The notes under the pieces were generated by a model. The model saw nothing but the letters and a program-made list of their open reading frames with translations, searched no databases and was not told the origin of the DNA. Of a DNA stretch of 64,000 nt, positions 61,463 to 64,000 are shown one piece after another; positions within the stretch are counted from its first letter, which is position 1; each line of letters starts with the position of its first letter. Source of the DNA: an uncultured Lentimicrobiaceae bacterium (lineage in GTDB: Bacteria > Bacteroidota > Bacteroidia > Bacteroidales > WCHB1-69); assembly GCA_964598505.1 (NCBI GenBank), contig CAZRCF010000001.1, positions 73,480 to 137,479 of the forward strand. Direction: 5' to 3'. Both the position numbers and the translations under genes were made by a program.

Positions 61463-61993
61463 CTATTTGATTTTATTAATGAATTCCATAAAAAGGGAAC
61501 TAGAAATTTTAGTTTCTTTAGTAGGCGGTGCGAGCTGAGGTTTAGTTTCTTCTGGAATCTTTGGTATAGCTGATTTCATAGTTATTTCATGAATTCGTTG
61601 TCCCATGATTGCTTTCATCTTTGGAATATTAAGTAATTGTTCAAACAGGTCCAATCTTGTAAAGCGACTAGTTTGATAACCTTGATCCGCTATAATAACA
61701 TGAATTTTTTTCCAAGCTCTTGCCGATTGCAATATTGAATTTGCTTCATTAAATGTAATTTCCCTTTTAAGAGAGCTTGCTTTTTCTCCTTCAATATATT
61801 TGAATCGATTCATATCTACGACTTTATCAAGAACATCTTCAATCAATCCTAATATCAATCTTTCAGGAATTTCAAACTCTTTTTTATCATTCCATCTATC
61901 ATCAAGATTTTTAATATCGATTTTCAATTTAATAGCTTCTTTGATTGTTATTTTCTTTTTCTTTGGATCATAGATACTTAAATTAAGTTTCAT
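61463..61993 (-). CDS. hypothetical protein
   Basis: 176-aa ORF. Confidence 0.55.
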   Translation of the reverse strand: MKLNLSIYDPKKKKITIKEAIKLKIDIKNLDDRWNDKKEFEIPERLILGLIEDVLDKVVDMNRFKYIEGEKASSLKREITFNEANSILQSARAWKKIHVIIADQGYQTSRFTRLDLFEQLLNIPKMKAIMGQRIHEITMKSAIPKIPEETKPQLAPPTKETKISSSLFMEFINKIK

Positions 61994-61994
61994 T

Positions 61995-62366
61995 TTATAC
62001 CTTCTTAATTAACTCTAGTGTTTGTGGATTAAGTTTAAATATAATTACTTCACCATGGAGTTTTGGTTTAGCTACAACCATTTCACCATTAATAATTTCT
62101 AAATATGGATCAAATGTAAACCATGCTGAAAGAGGTTTTTCAGTTGAAATTTTTTGAATATCAACATTATATGCAATTATTTTTATCCAACCTTCTTTAG
62201 CATTAGCTTCGATATCATGTCGAGACCAAGTATTATTAAAAAGAGTAGCATAATATGCATGTTCAACAAGTTCTAAATTACCATACTCCAATTGTTCAAA
62301 TTCATCTTTATGTTCTAGCATGTATTTTGGATCTTGATTATATATTTCCATTTTACTTATCCTCAT
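61995..62366 (-). CDS. hypothetical protein
   Basis: 123-aa ORF. Confidence 0.55.
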   Translation of the reverse strand: MRISKMEIYNQDPKYMLEHKDEFEQLEYGNLELVEHAYYATLFNNTWSRHDIEANAKEGWIKIIAYNVDIQKISTEKPLSAWFTFDPYLEIINGEMVVAKPKLHGEVIIFKLNPQTLELIKKV

Positions 62367-62742
62367 AAGTATTATGTATTATAATAGAGGTAATTAAATA
62401 TGCTGTAGCTGTAACAAACCATCCAGCTGCTACTAAAATAGTAGTTATAATAATATTAATTATAACCATCACTAGTACCGGTACTGGTCTAGTTGAAAAT
62501 GAAGACTTATAATTAAAATATATAATGTCTATTGGTCGAATTATTGTATTATAAATTAAATTAAATATCTTATTTTCTGGTGGTGGTATTTTTGTACAAA
62601 GTATCGCAATCAGGTTAGCCCAGATATAATATATTAGTAGATTACCTGTTGTCTTAACAAACATAAAAGTCGATAGCAAAAGACAACTAATTAATAATAC
62701 TTGTTCAATAATGTAATAGATTAACTGTTTATTTTTTTTCAT
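62353..62742 (-). CDS. hypothetical multi-pass membrane protein
   Basis: The start is trimmed to MKKNKQLIYY (ATG 62742, AAAGAAAGG RBS) because the track start at 62823 lies inside tRNA-Pro. There are about 4 hydrophobic segments. Confidence 0.55.
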   Translation of the reverse strand: MKKNKQLIYYIIEQVLLISCLLLSTFMFVKTTGNLLIYYIWANLIAILCTKIPPPENKIFNLIYNTIIRPIDIIYFNYKSSFSTRPVPVLVMVIINIIITTILVAAGWFVTATAYLITSIIIHNTYEDK

Positions 62743-62762
62743 CTTTATACCTTTCTTTAAAA

Positions 62763-62839
62763 TGGTCGGGGTGAGAGGATTCGAACCTCTGGCCCTTCGC
62801 TCCCAAAGCGAATGCTCTACCAAGCTGAGCTACACCCCG
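62763..62839 (-). tRNA. tRNA-Pro (anticodon UGG), CCA encoded
   Basis: Hand-folded. The acceptor is CGGGGTG/CACCCCG and the D arm is GCTC-AGCTTGGTA-GAGC. The anticodon arm is TTCGC-TTTGGGA-GCGAA and the T arm is AGAGG-TTCGAAT-CCTCT. ACCA follows. Confidence 0.9.
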
Positions 62840-62844
62840 ACGTA

Positions 62845-63033
62845 TTATTTACTTTCTTCTAATGGTTTAAATTGAAAATTGTCACCTTTATATTCTTTCA
62901 TTGCTTTAAGAATTATATCTTCCTTATCAAGAGTCGTAATAAAAATCTGTGAACTTAATCCAAGTATATTACTTAATATTTCCCATTCGTCAGTAGTTTC
63001 AGATGTTACTACTAATTGTTTTTCAATTTTCAT
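62845..63033 (-). CDS. hypothetical protein
   Basis: 62-aa ORF. Confidence 0.5.
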   Translation of the reverse strand: MKIEKQLVVTSETTDEWEILSNILGLSSQIFITTLDKEDIILKAMKEYKGDNFQFKPLEESK

Positions 63034-63536
63034 ACGTCTTCCTCGCGTCCAGTTTCATGATGGGTACTTTTAGTAGCACAGTTTCCACCAAATCTTGATA
63101 TATTTTCTTTTTCGCGAATATATCTTAAAGCAGTTTCGTGTCTAGATTCACCTGGATATTTATTTAAAACCTCAATAATGAGTTCATAGTATAATTCTTC
63201 AATTGGTTTAATTTTACAATTACATTCTGATTTTTTATCTTCGTAAGCTTTAATTGGAGTTTTAATTGGTGCATGAATTAAACAATAATATGGGGTATAA
63301 ATTTCTTTATCTTCAACCCATTGTGATTGAGGATAAACTGGACTCAATTGTTGTTTTTTTATGGATTTTACAAAACAAATTCCTTCAACAGCTTTTTTAG
63401 GATCAATTAAGCATCCACAAGTTTCACAAGTTTTAAATACTAGAGTAGGATGAAGTTTTTGTTCATGTGCATTTAAATAATCTCTACATAAATCATCAAC
63501 CATTTTATATATTTTGTTTTTAGTTCTCTTTAGCAT
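63030..63536 (-). CDS. hypothetical protein with Cys clusters
   Basis: 168-aa ORF with CETCGC ... CLIH ... CNC. Confidence 0.55.
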   Translation of the reverse strand: MLKRTKNKIYKMVDDLCRDYLNAHEQKLHPTLVFKTCETCGCLIDPKKAVEGICFVKSIKKQQLSPVYPQSQWVEDKEIYTPYYCLIHAPIKTPIKAYEDKKSECNCKIKPIEELYYELIIEVLNKYPGESRHETALRYIREKENISRFGGNCATKSTHHETGREEDV

Positions 63537-63780
63537 TTTTTAAATCCTCATTTTCTTTTAAAAACCAAGCTAATCCCAGTAGATAACGATCGCTGATTGG
63601 TTGTTTATTTTTAATTCTATTTATAGTTCCAAGACAAACTTCTGCTATTCTATTATTTTCTATTGCGCATGAGGCAAGAGCTTCTAATAATAATGGATCA
63701 TGAATTTTTTCAAAAACATATTGAATGGCAGATGAAGTTGATGGATGTCGTTCTCCTACATTTAGTTCTGTTCTATCCAT
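63520..63780 (-). CDS. hypothetical protein
   Basis: 86-aa ORF. Confidence 0.5.
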   Translation of the reverse strand: MDRTELNVGERHPSTSSAIQYVFEKIHDPLLLEALASCAIENNRIAEVCLGTINRIKNKQPISDRYLLGLAWFLKENEDLKNAKEN

Positions 63781-63783
63781 ATT

Positions 63784-63981
63784 TTATTCCTCTATGTTTA
63801 TAGATTTAGCGTCTCTCATAACTGTCCATTCATTTGGATTTGTTATATCAATGGACATAACTGCTGTTACTCTATCACCATAATGAGCAGTTACAATATA
63901 TGGTCTTGCAAAAGATTTTCCTATTACTGTATCTCCTACTTTAAGATCAGATAGCATTTCTACATCTGTTATTATTTTCAT
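63784..63981 (-). CDS. hypothetical protein
   Basis: 65-aa ORF. Confidence 0.5.
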   Translation of the reverse strand: MKIITDVEMLSDLKVGDTVIGKSFARPYIVTAHYGDRVTAVMSIDITNPNEWTVMRDAKSINIEE

Positions 63982-64000
63982 AGATTAATAACCTCTATTC

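Noticed and set aside
62743-62823. N-terminal extensions of three track ORFs: 62353..62823, 59229..60842 and 53404..54186
   Set aside because: The extensions run through tRNA-Pro, the promoter box and terminator, and the structured RNA respectively. Internal ATGs at 62742, 60788 and 54102 have proper RBSs, so the starts were trimmed.

Overview
This window is a visibly AT-rich section of a large tailed-phage (myovirus-type) genome with two convergent arms. Bases 1-22.7 kb (+ strand) hold the virion module: portal, T4 gp21-like prohead protease, major capsid, gp25-like baseplate protein, tail sheath and tube. A DnaB-like helicase island sits inside this arm. Bases 22.9-64 kb (- strand) hold about 75 early, replication and accessory genes. 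These include a family-B DNA polymerase split into two genes about 21 kb apart, a tandem-OB SSB, an SF2 helicase, a UDG-like protein, RtcB, a Ro60/TROVE protein, two HNH-AP2 homing endonucleases, a DHH phosphoesterase, a SpoT-like HD hydrolase, a two-domain glycosyltransferase and three tRNAs (Gln, Met, Pro). The main leads are: (1) an E2-like/JAB/E1 ubiquitin-like conjugation cassette with a possible Gly-terminated Ubl upstream; (2) a promoter- and terminator-bounded structured ncRNA of about 500 nt next to the Ro60 gene; (3) a GC-rich RNA of about 300 nt closed by tRNA-like ends, upstream of ssb; (4) a conserved hairpin family (CGGCAAGAKCT) whose half-sites also recur inside genes; and (5) a 12-copy promoter box. 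No database or folding tool was run, so all function calls rest on motifs read by eye.
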